From: Octopus sinensis
Lineage: Eukaryota
NCBI RefSeq assembly: GCF_006345805.1
Contig: NC_042997.1
Span: 128,092,001-128,156,000, forward strand
DNA length: 64,000 nucleotides
Direction of reading: 5' to 3'
Below, piece by piece: positions 40,016 to 52,289 of this stretch. A program made the position numbers and the translations under genes. The notes beneath the pieces are model-generated. The model was given only the letters and a program-made list of their open reading frames with translations, made no database searches and was not told where the DNA came from. Every line of letters begins with the position of its first letter. Position 1 is the first letter of the stretch.

Positions 40016-40215
40016 GAATCGATAGAATGTCGGAAAGATTGCTGCCGTGCAACATTTCTTTCAACTTTTTACATTCTGAATTCCAATCCAGCCAGGCTCA
40101 ATTTAGCCTTTCATTCTTATGAGTTGTGTAAAATAAAGTTCCAGTCAAGTATTAGGATCGAGAGTACCGACAAAACATCTCCCCTCAAAGTTACTGGCCT
40201 TTTGGTAGAAACCAA

Positions 40216-40387
40216 GGCGTAGCAGTGGCTGTGTGGTAAGTAGCTTGCTTACCAACCACATGGTTCTGGGTTCAAGTCCCACTGCGTGGCATCTTGGGCA
40301 TGTGTCTTCTACTATAGCCTCGGGCCCACCAAAGCCTTGTGAGTGGATTTGGTAGACGGAAACTGAAAGAAGCCCGTCGTATATATA

Positions 40388-40454
<67 letters not shown>

Positions 40455-40665
40455 GCGTGTCTGTGTTTGTCCCCCCAAAATTGCTTGACAACCGATACTG
40501 GTGTGTTTACATCCCCGTAACTTAGCGGTTCGGCAAAAGTGAGCGATAGAATAAGTACTAGGCTTACAAAGAATAAGTCCTGGGGTCGATTTGCTCGACT
40601 AAAGGCGGTGCTCCAGCATGGCCACAGTCAAATGACTGAAACAAGTAAAAGAGTAAAAAAGTAAA
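40216..40665 (+). mobile_element. SINE family A, full length
   Basis: Matches 17402-17826; internal (TG)n tract. Confidence 0.92.
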
Positions 40666-41889
40666 GAATATTATGACAAAGCACACAAACCATTTTATAT
40701 TCGTATCAAAACGTATTTAAAATACTGTTTGCAATTTTTCACTCGTTAAATGACAGCCATACTCACGAACGAGTATGGGTTGGTAATATGCATCATGCTT
40801 TCGCTAATTGTCTTAAGTATATATATATAGCTGCAAGCACACATAGACACCCTCTCAGCCTCCACGCTCTTGACCAAGTGGCAGTGGAATATCATATAAG
40901 AATTGGGAGGAGAAACGGCTGCACCAGCACTTAATCGGTATTTTCGTCAATTTAACAGACTGATATACATGAAATGAAAAGCCATACAGCCCACCATTTT
41001 AGGATCACCAACTAAGAGCCCTAACCATGTGTTTTTATCAGTTATTCTATATTAACTTTTTTATGAACCCAATTGACAAATCACTCTTGTCAGCAATAAA
41101 AATGTCAAAAGCCAACTAGTAAAATTTAAACATATGACGATGGTTGTGGAATAGAAAATAAAAAGACAAATTGTTGCCATAAATCTTCATTAGAATTCGA
41201 TATATTTTAACAATGCATATAAGTGTTCATACAGAACAGTAACTGCATCAAAAGCAAGGCTAATACCAAAGAAAAAGGCTGATAAAAATACTTTCTATAA
41301 CACCGAAATTGTTAAAACTGTTTTAGTGAATTTTCATTTTCAAATCTTTTAATCTTGAATTTAACATTGTTACAAGATCTATAATTTACAAAGAGTGTAA
41401 AGTCGAGTAAATAAACAGAGCTCGCTGCTTGATTCTTAATTACTTTATCGAGAATTAAAAGCAAACTCGACTTTGTATAAAATTGAAATCAGAATTAAAA
41501 TAGTCTAAGGTAACTCTGCATGCAAACTTTCTTTTATTAGTTTGGCCTGGAGGAAGAAGCAATGTCCATAGCCTTCCGTAGTCTTCCAAGATCAATGAGA
41601 TTGATACCGTTATTGTTCTACTTATGCAGTTACAAGTCAGAGATTTCGAGAATGACATGCATAGAGCAGGAATTTCAGAGGACCGATATTCTGGTAAGAA
41701 AGGACTGAACGAAGCGGTAAGATAGAGCCTGGAAGGTTGGCCACAATATGGGTGATCAAAAGACGAATGAGCCAAGAAGGCTTGAGTGGAAGGTGCACGA
41801 AACAAGTTATCTCCGAGAGACAAAGACCGTTGCAAAAAGAAAAAAAGAAGACAGGTTTTTCTTCTCGAGTCATACCGACTCATAAGGTT

Positions 41890-42086
41890 TCTATGGCGTA
41901 TATATTCCCCGCCTGGACGGGATGCCGGTCCATCGCAGGATTACTCATTTTTGCCAGTCGAGTGGACTGGAATAATGTGAAATGAAGTGTTTTGCTCAAG
42001 AACACAACGCGTCGCCCGCTTCAAGAATCGAAACCACAATCTTACGATCATGAGTCCAACACCCGTACAACTAAGCCACGCACCTC
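41890..42086 (-). mobile_element. SINE family D
   Basis: Minus strand tRNA-like head (gtggcttagttg...ggtttcgattc), ttgtgttcttgagcaaaacacttc, tail cctgcgatggaccggcatcccgtccagg. Confidence 0.75.
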
Positions 42087-43019
42087 CCCAATGCCATTGT
42101 AGTTGATGTAGCAAACGCGAAGAGAAGAGATAGCGCATCTATAGAGCAGACAGTGGAGCTGTTTGTTTGAGAAGAACTTAATGTCATTCAGCCCAGTGGT
42201 TTTTCTCTAGATGCAGTGTAGAATGTCTGTGAATGTAGCTGCAATTACACCGTATCAGGTATGTGAAGTGTATATCATTGTTGGCTTCATTTGAACTTTG
42301 TAAACAGTTAGCAGTTGATGGACAACGAAGTATATCATCTCAAAAGAGAAAGGTCGGTCTTCGCGATGCAGTATGTACTATGTTAAGGATGTGCGCTTAT
42401 CAAGAGAGAACCTCAAAGGTTGCCATTGGGTCCTTCACACTGCTAATTTGTTACAGAATCGCCATTGGATTTAATCTATATTTAAGATTTAAATCATCTG
42501 ATTGGAAAGCAGTTAATGTGTAGTTTATATATTTTCAACAGAATGGATTGAATGAGTCACTCGACTCTCTTAAATTCTGTTAACAAGCTACCAACACTAT
42601 TTTATTTTTCTTCTCTGGTGCTTTTAAAATATGTTTGATAAATAACTAATGAAATTAGTGCAAAGAAAAACTTTGGATCCAAGGAATTTAATGAGATGAT
42701 CTGCCTCAAAAACATAAACAGTTTTTAAAGTTGAAAAAACACGCCGAGTTGCTTTGCCGCAAGGGACGATGAGTTGTTCAAAGAAAGTTCTTCGCAATTT
42801 TCATTTCTAACATTACCGCCATAACACACCTGGAAACATATGTGACAAAACAAAATAACATTGTTTCTGACCATGTAATATTGTCTACTCTTTCCAGTCT
42901 GGTCGTGTGATATCAGAATATCTCAGAATATCGCTCACGGTAGCAGTCTACCTCTTTCTTTTGTTTCATTTTCCCCCCCTTTCTCTTTATCTTTAACAAT
43001 TGATAGTCGCACTGCTACC

Positions 43020-43370
43020 CCCTCTCTACGTCTATCTCTCTCTCTCTTTCACTTGCTCTCTCTCTTTCTCTCTCTCTCTCTCTCCTCTCGTTCTCTCTCT
43101 CTCCCCATCTTTATCAACTGACAATCATGCCTGTTACCACCTTTCTGAGAGTCTCTCTTTTTCATCTCCTCCTTTCTCTCCCTCTCTGATTCTAGATCTC
43201 TTAGGCATGTTTTTTCTGGCTCCTTTCTATCAAATATTACTCATATTATTTATTATCTTCTTACACTTTCTCCACCACTTTCTTAGTTCTTGGTTTCTGA
43301 ACACACTAATACACACACATACACACACACACACACACACACATACACTCACACACACACACATACACTC

Positions 43371-43445
<75 letters not shown>
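43020..43445. repeat. (CT)n and (CA)n microsatellites
   Basis: Directly visible. Confidence 0.9.
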
Positions 43446-43446
<1 letters not shown>

Positions 43447-44011
43447 GCGCCCACGCACACTGCCATTTTATATCAGTCTATATAATGAATGATATCGTAT
43501 ATCAGTCTATTTAACGATATTATATTAACGATCAAATTTCATATTGTCCATAATCCCTTCTGTATTTATTACAACAATATTTGCAAATCGAAGTAAGTAC
43601 ATGTGACTTCCAAGCGAGAACAGCTATTTCAAACTGGGCCCATTTCATTTAAGCAAAACGTAATCTGAGATAAATTTCAAACGACTCAACAAATATTCCA
43701 TCCTTCCATGGATCTTCTTGATAAAATTTGTGGGTGTATAGTACTTTGAAGTTCTTTCAGTTTAATGAGAAATGAATTAATTCTATGTTATACATAAAAC
43801 TGGAGGGAATGACATAGATTTTTACAAAATAAACATCAGCGTGTTTGTTCGTGATATCTCATATTTATTGCAAGTGAACTTGCATACTGCATAAGTTTTG
43901 CGAATACATGAAAATTGCATGTCCTTACACCTTACTAAACAGACACACACACATACACGCACGTATGTAGGTGTACGTATACATACATACATACATACAT
44001 ACATACATACA

Positions 44012-44047
<36 letters not shown>

Positions 44048-44835
44048 TATATATAATAGAAATATTAAAATTACTAAGTCGCTCTAAAGGAGATTACGGC
44101 AGCGTTACTGGAAATTAACAGTTATCGCCATACTAATATGGCAATCTTATAAATATAAGACTAAAGCTGTCGATGATTAGCTCCAAGATGCCACCGCCTC
44201 AAGCTAGCTATTTGACACACTATCTGCATCCATTATAGACTTTCGAAAAGGGGAGGTCAGCCGCTTCATCCTGCTAGTCAGACAGCTGCAGGCGCGTTTC
44301 AGGGTAGTTGCCCTTTATCAATGTAGCGTAGTCAGACCCAGCAGGTGTCGCTACTGACTGTCCCTGTTCGAAGAATCTATTTACCTAGTTTCGGTGGAAT
44401 ACATCCACTTGTTTTCAATAATAGAAATATTAAAATTACTAAGTCTCTCTAAAGGAGATTACGGCAGCGTTACTGGAAATTAATAGTTATCGCCATACTA
44501 AATGGCGGCGGTGGTTGTGGTGGTAGTGGTTGTGATTGTGGTTGTGGTTGTGGTGATGGTGATCAGAAGCTGTTGGCTGAGTAAAACGTATTAATACAAA
44601 TAGTGATAATGACGATGATGGAATAAGAAATAAAAAAAAAGATGGTGCAAAAGAGGAAATGTATTTTATTAATCTCAATACTTTAATAAAACATGTTCTC
44701 ACTTTCACACTCACTATTAATATTTCATTACTTTGAGTATTTTATTCTAAGTGCACTCACTATGCTCATCTAAACAGGTAACCTGAGAAAAGCACATGTA
44801 TGCAGGTATGTATGTATGTATGTATGTATGTATGT

Positions 44836-44902
<67 letters not shown>

Positions 44903-45150
44903 GAGAGACGATGAATTTTCGAACAGTTTATGTCCACCAAATTTCATTGTCAAAGCAATTGGTCTAAGCCAGTGTCTGCCAATTTACGATACACTGAGGG
45001 AAGAGAATTTATTTTGCGCCACACCAAATAAAAATCTCAACAAAACTGAATATACTTTATTAGTATGAATAAAAATAAAGAATTTCTTATAAAAGTAACA
45101 ATAAAATAAATATATACTTACATATAAGAGACCAAAGTGTACGCACGCTG

Positions 45151-45191
<41 letters not shown>

Positions 45192-45207
<16 letters not shown>

Positions 45208-45926
45208 TGGGACAAGAACGCAAAATATCCAAACAATTAGGTGATACAAATTGGAACAATAAAGCATCCAGATGGACGATACAAAGAAAACAAGGACGGA
45301 TAATTCGGAATTTTCTTTCCTCAGTCGAGTTTCAGATTATCTTTACAATTTCGGCTGGTTATACGCGAGATTGCTCCAATCTGGCCAGCCCCAAGGAAAA
45401 AACTAATCTAAGAGCATTAGATTCCTTGGAAGAAAGCAACAAATGTATACGAAAGCAAGGACAGAAAGAAGACGGAGAATGTTACACAAATACAACTAAC
45501 AGGACATAAAAACAGATGTCTTTCGAATAAGGACGAATTAAATTAAGCTGGCGTGTGTGGAAATAAAGCCTTACGGCAGGGATATAGGATTTCACAGGCA
45601 CATGGAGGAATATAGATGTTGCACGGACGACGGCCGAACCAAGAAAGAAAGATCAGGCTTGGCCGAACACCGGTCTCGTGGGGAGAGAAGAGAGAGAGGT
45701 AGAGGCAGAGGGACACAAGAATTAAGGAGGGGCGAGATGGAGCAGTCTCGAGTATAACCAATTGAAATTGCAAAGATAATATGGAACTCAACTAAGAAAA
45801 GAAAACTCCGAATGACCCGTCCTTGTTTTCTTTGTACCGTCCATCTGGATGTTTGTTGTTCCTTTTTTGTACCACCTAACTGTCTGGATGTTTTGTGTTC
45901 TTGTCCCATTTTGTATTTTCTATATA
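45192..45926. mobile_element. 5'-truncated PLE remnant: inverted pair of family D pLTRs (45192-45381 minus, 45736-45926 plus) around an endonuclease remnant
   Basis: Arms are diverged reverse complements; the spacer ORF 45557-45757 has HMEEY...RSGLAEH, like the PLE GIY-YIG S.LAEH motif. Confidence 0.6.
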
Positions 45927-45969
45927 ACAATAAAATGACATTGTTTGATGAACATATAATATATATATA

Positions 45970-46035
<66 letters not shown>

Positions 46036-46062
46036 GTGTGTGTGTGTGTGTGTGTGTGTATT

Positions 46063-46225
46063 GGCGCAGGAGCGGCTGTGTGATAAGCAGCTTGCTTACC
46101 AATAACATGGCTCCAGGTTCAGTCCCACTGCGTTGCACCTGGGGCAAGTGACTTCTACTATAGCCTCGGGCCAACCAAAGTCTTGTGAGTGGATTTGGTA
46201 GATGGAAACTGAAAGAAGCCCGTCG

Positions 46226-46265
<40 letters not shown>

Positions 46266-46464
46266 GAAGGTGTCTGTCTTTGTACCCCCACCATTGCTTG
46301 ACAACTGATGTTGCTGTGTTTACGTCCCCGTAACTTGGCGGTTCGGCAAAAGAGACCGATAGAATAAGTACAAGGCTTACAAAGAATAAGTCCTGGGGAT
46401 CGATTTGTTCGACCAAAGGCAGTGCTCCAGCATGGCCGCAGTCAAATGTTCGAAACAAATAAAA

Positions 46465-46466
<2 letters not shown>
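46063..46466 (+). mobile_element. SINE family A nested in the hAT element
   Basis: Matches family A; flanked by (TA)/(TG) tracts. Confidence 0.9.
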
Positions 46467-46497
<31 letters not shown>

Positions 46498-46539
46498 GTT
46501 TTTTGTGAGAAGGATGCAATTAATTTTGAGAAAGAATTT

Positions 46540-48288
46540 TGTCAAAACGCTGTTCTAAATTAGAAAAATAAATACGTAAATCCTCATCTACCACCTGTAA
46601 TCGTTCTCGTTTTTTTTTTTTTTTTACTTCAGAGATACTTAATTCGCAAAGATACGATGATCCAAAGGGCAACAAAGATTTAACGGCTGTAGTAGCTAAT
46701 CGAAGATATTGGCTCCAAAGCGAAATTCAAAATTCTGACAATTCTAACACAGAAAATGAGGTTTTGTGCACAGGATCGTTTTTCAAGTCTATTAAATTTT
46801 CTTCTTCTGTTAATATTCATGAGTGGCGTGTACTGTCGTAACTTGCGAAAGGATTGCTGACCCACTCGTACATTTGATAATCAAGTGATGGAAAATACTC
46901 AGAAAATGGTACAGAGAGATTTTCTACTGTCTTCTGCATTTCTGAAGTAATCAAGTTGCGAGTTTTTAACTTCCCTTATCTACAATTCTAACTTGTCGGT
47001 GAAAAAACATTAATTTGCCTGTAATTGTAATAATATTTTCGTTCGCTCCTTGCAGACTCAAATTTAAAACGTTCAACTTCTCAAACAGAAATGCTACTTC
47101 CAGCCACCAATTATCATCGTTAATAAATTTAAATCCAGAATTTTCAGCATCGAAAAAACATATTATTTCAGTTCGAAAAGAGATAAATCAAGAGAGAGAG
47201 CACTTTTCCTTTCGAGAGGAAGCAGTAAACACTTAAAATCAGAATCCATAGTTTCACATAGGGATGCAAAAATTCTGCACCGTAGGGAATGCGATTTTAT
47301 GTAATTCACCACTTTAACAACGTTGTCCATCGTCTTCATGAGACCATCAAGTGGAGATTTTGACACCAAAACTTCACGGTGAGTCATGCAATGTAGAATT
47401 TTAACTTGTGGATTTTTTTTTTTTGTAATACATGAGCCACGAAGCCTTTTTTTCGACCCTGCATGGATGAAGCGCCATCACTGCAAACGCTGATATAAGT
47501 TTGCCACTGCATCCCTCTCAAGACGACAATTTGGTTTACCAGGTTAAAAACATCTTCTTCTGTCATTCTTTCCTTCAATTCACAACTAAAGGAAAACTGA
47601 CTTATGATTTTACCACCTCTGATGATTAGCAGAAATGAAATTAATTGAGCTTTGTTGCAGACGTCTATATTTTCATCGATTTTTAAAGCCCGCAAGTTTT
47701 CGCGTTCATTTTTTGCTTCAGTGAAATGTTCACGGAGCTGATCATCAATGTCTCGCGAAATGTCTTGAATTTTACGAGAGATCGTGTAGGCAGACAAAGG
47801 AATGGTCTTAATTCGCTTGACAGCTTCATCACTAATCATTGTGTCAACGGCGATCTCCAAGCCTGGTAAAATAATGTTTTCGGTATTAGAATGTAGTCTT
47901 TTTCTTCTTTGCCAAAAGCTGGGCAATTTTGTAACTAGCGATTTGAGCCTTCTCGGGAATTGAGTGAAATTTCTTCAGCCTTTTTGATTGAATTTTAAAG
48001 TTATTTTTAGTGTCTAAAAGTATTATTTTAGTTTGTCCTCATGTTGCAGATGATTTGTTATCAAATGACGTTGAAGTTTACTGGGAACCATCGCTTCATT
48101 TGAGAGTGTTGTTAAACAAATCATACAAAAGGAACCGAGTTGCCTTTCTCGGATAATATAAAACCATATTGGATGTAATTTTCAATATATTTTCGTTTTG
48201 ATGAGGTGGAGTTTTTGTTTGGTTGTTCGTCGTTTGCCATGAGTCTCTTTCTCATTTTTCTGAGGTCGCAATCACAATTTTTGTCCAT
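46540..48288 (-). pseudogene. Buster/ZBED5-like hAT transposase pseudogene
   Basis: EAMVPSKLQRHL, ASYKIAQLLAK, IPLSAYTISRKI, IDENIDV, CSDGASSMQG..KGF, MTHREVL, EWVSNPF, LLPFGSSYLCE in order, with frameshifts. Confidence 0.9.
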
Positions 48289-48949
48289 GTTTAAATCTAA
48301 AACTAAAAATCGATTAAAATTAACATAAAATAATTTATATAAATTACAAATAAATCAAAAATTAAAACTACTAGGACTACTAAATACTTTACTTACAGAA
48401 ATGTAATATATTGTAGCCAAACTGTTGTTCGTCGTGTTACGTAATTTATATTTACCGTATTTTACGATTTATTTAATTAATTTATATTTACGCTCGAACT
48501 TTGCGAATGTTCTTGGATCATTGTTTCCCGAAAATATTTTTCATGGCACACCACTATGCCGTGGTACACAGTTTGGCAGACACTGGTCTAGCCAAAACTA
48601 CGATAAGGATCGAATCCGGAACCATATAGTGGAGACATGAGCTTCTTAACCGCATAGCAATTACAGTTCATTACCGATGCAGAGAATTTCATGCATATTT
48701 CCACTATTTGTGTATTGGCAATGCTGATTAATGCGGTTCAACAATAGTGTCAGATACTTTAAGCGTTGGAACAATATAGAACATATTTATCATTGTATCA
48801 GGGTATTCCTTGACCATATTTCTTATTTTTAAAGTCCTTGTTCCGCATCTAGTATCACCACCGAGAAAGTGAATTAGTTAGAGGCCTTGAAAACAGTCAG
48901 AATTATCGACTCTTCACACACTACATTCATAATAGTTTTTTTCTACAAC

Positions 48950-49135
48950 AAGCACAGGGTTTGAAACTTTGAGGGGAAGAAGTAAATCGACTACATCCAC
49001 CTCAGTGCTCAACGGGTTCTTATTTTATCGATTCCGAACGTAAGAAAGTTAAAATCGACCTCGGCAGCATTTGAACTCAGAACGCAAAGCCGCTAAGCGT
49101 TTTGTACGACGTCTTAATGATTCTGCCAGCTCACC
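48950..49135 (-). mobile_element. Diverged SINE family B-like copy
   Basis: aaatcgacctcggcagcatttgaactcagaacg...gattctgccagctcaccg. Confidence 0.7.
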
Positions 49136-50289
49136 GTCTACGTTCATAACAGTATCAGCCAATTCGGTTCGGTGAATTGTATCTTATTGTAGTTCCTGTT
49201 TACAACTGTGATACCTGTTATGGTATTAGTGATATATCCTGTATAACCAGTGTGACTCAACCATCTTAACCACGTACACAACGGACTGGGTGATCCTCTC
49301 GGTTGGTTATCCAGTACACAATCGATTCAGTCATCGACATTTTAATTTCAAGCAAGAAAATTTCAGACTTTTACACTGATTCTTCAAAGAAAGGTCGTGC
49401 CTGAAACCCCATAATAGTATCTTCTTCATTTAAACATTTTTCATATTTCAACGTTTATTGAAGACGTTTTACTACCAAGCACCACCAGCATTCTTGTGAA
49501 ATTGTTGTATTTAGCTTTAATATTTCAGTGGTTCAATAATTTCTTTTTAAGTGAAAACTTTCATTTAAATTTTTTATGAGTAAATCTAAGAAGAAAGTCG
49601 AACTTTCATGAGAGCTTTTTTGTTCTTTTTGTTTGCGGGGCTTCCGAACGAGGTTAGATGAAGGAAGAGATGAAGGCGGGGAAATGCACGGCTTAACGGA
49701 TGCTGCAGAAAGTCGCAGCACTTCAAGTTATCAAGTTAATGTCAAACAGAATCCATGTAAGAATGCATACGACAAAATGAACTTCTTTAAAGCTATCAAA
49801 GAGCTTGGTGATGGTGGTGGTATTGGTGAACCTGGTGTAAAAACGGGCGACGGATTACGTCTACAACATAACAGAAGTAGTATTTAATTATAGACATTGA
49901 TAGAAGCAGACAACTTATATAAAACTGAGCTCTTTTCTACTAAACTGGCAACACATTCATGTTCTATAAACATGGCGATTCGACCTCTTTTATTAAAGCC
50001 ATTTGGTTGGCGGTTATTTCGACCGAGAATAACCATGACTGAAACACCGCTAAACGCTTATTTACCCACGCTCTGAGTATTATTATGCTATTTAAAAGAT
50101 TTTGTCTTTAATATTTTATTCATGGAGCCTTATGAAACGAGCATTGAGGGTTATCTATCTTAGCAGTGGTGTGAATCTTTCTGCTCCATTTGAGAGAAGA
50201 GGATTTGCCTTAAATGATAGATAATAATCGATATATTAAAGCTGTACCGTTGGCACGCTTGTGTGCATATATGCCCATAATGTATGTAT

Positions 50290-50343
50290 GATTGTAACCT
50301 TTTGTATCTATGCATGAGTGTGTATGTCTGTGTGCTGCATGTG

Positions 50344-50374
<31 letters not shown>

Positions 50375-51260
50375 TGTGCGTGTGTGTGTGTGTGTGTGTG
50401 CTGCATGTGTAAGTTGTGTGTGTGTGTAAGCGAATATATATGAATGAATCAGAATTTCATCATGATTGTATGCGTAAATGTTTGTATATTTAGGTTTGTA
50501 CCTGAAGATGTATCTGTATGTTTGCTGTTGGATATAAATGTGTGCGAGCGTGTGAAAGTGTATGAGGATGTATGAATGTATGAATGTATGGTTATGGGTG
50601 CGAATGACTATGTGTGTGAGCGTGTTTCAATGGAGGTCTACTTGTAAAGATGTCCGCTTTTAGTGTGTATTTATGTATCTCTGTGCACACGTCTTCATCT
50701 GTTTCTAAATGTGGCTGAATTCGTAATTAGCACCATTCCAACATTGAACTGCATATGTGTGTGTGTGTGTGTGTATATGTAAGTACCTATGTATAAACGC
50801 AAACATATGAAATTATATAAATGTATGTGTATATATATGTACATACACACACAACACACGATTACGTACATGCATTCATACATATATAAACATAACTGCA
50901 TACGTACGTACATACATACATACATACATACATACATACATACATACATACATACATACATACATGCATACATGCATACATACAAAGATACGTATATTCA
51001 CACATACATACATAAATGCATACGTATATGCACACATCCATCCATCTATCCATCTATCTATCCAACCATCCATCCATTCATACATACATAATACATACAT
51101 ACATGCATACATACATGCATACATGCATACATACATGCATACATGCATACATACATACATACATACATACATACATACATACATACATACATACATACAT
51201 ACATACATGCCTACATAGATATATACATACCTTCATACATACACACGTACGTACGTACAT
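50290..51260. repeat. (TG)n and (CATA)n/(CATC)n arrays
   Basis: Directly visible. Confidence 0.95.
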
Positions 51261-51802
51261 GCACATTTATACAAACTTATTTGAGTCTATGAAGGTGTGA
51301 GTGTATGTCAAATTCTTATATATTATACATGTCTGACAACATGTGTGTGTGTTCTCTGGCAGACAGTTGCTACTGTCAAACTGTACAGAAACGGCAAGCC
51401 AGCTACGACAGCTATTTGATGTTGATTGTTATGAATTGTGACACCAAACTGACGCGGGAAAGTAAATGTAATGAACGAAACGACGTGTGCTTCGAGTTTA
51501 TATAAGTGATATGAATAAATTTCAATACATCCTATTGACTGTCTTACAGGACGCAGCCATGTATAAAGCTAGCTGTACTTTAAATGGAATATTTAAGCAA
51601 CAGTGATAGTGGAAGTAATATTGCATAAAGCAGACGACAGCTTGATAGCGAGCCAACTTTTTTTTATAAAATTATAATTTGAAGAGAAGAAGGACGAGAA
51701 ACCTTCTAAAAATAGACTTTGAAAATTCCAATATTTTCTATCCTTCTAATATTGTAAGTATGTATATATATATATATAAAGAAAGAGAGAGAGAGAGAAA
51801 GG

Positions 51803-51833
<31 letters not shown>

Positions 51834-51845
51834 AGGGAGAGAGAG

Positions 51846-52061
51846 TTGTAATCCCTCGACTAACGCGGGTGCTACGTTCCAAATACTCCCGCGATAGGTG
51901 AAAATCTGCGATGTAGAAACAGTGCTGTATATTTTTTCAATACTTTTATGATATGTGTATATTTATTTTATTATAAATGCTAAACAACACCACGGGAGAA
52001 TCGACGGAAGCTTAAATAATAAATTGTGATAGGTGAACCGCGATGTAGCGAGGGATTACCG
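51846..52061. mobile_element. Tigger/pogo-type MITE
   Basis: Imperfect TIRs gtaatccctcgactaacgcgg / ccgcgatgtagcgagggattac; internal repeated gataggtgaa; TA on the right flank. Confidence 0.7.
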
Positions 52062-52062
52062 T

Positions 52063-52216
<154 letters not shown>

Positions 52217-52289
52217 TATATGTATGCATATATACATATATATATATGTATGTAAATATGTATATGTGTGTGTGTCTGTGTGTAAGCAA

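Larger units (their letters stand above)
44970..48585 (-). mobile_element. hAT (Buster/Charlie) DNA transposon with both TIRs and nested insertions
   Basis: TIR cagtgtctgccaa at 44970 and ttggcagacactg ending 48585; flanks gtctaagc/gtctagcc fit a decayed 8-bp NTCTAGAN-type TSD; transposase inside. Confidence 0.85.

Noticed and set aside
49633-49887. 84-aa ORF with moderate GC content
   Set aside because: Starts at TTG, has no recognisable domain and no flanking splice signals.
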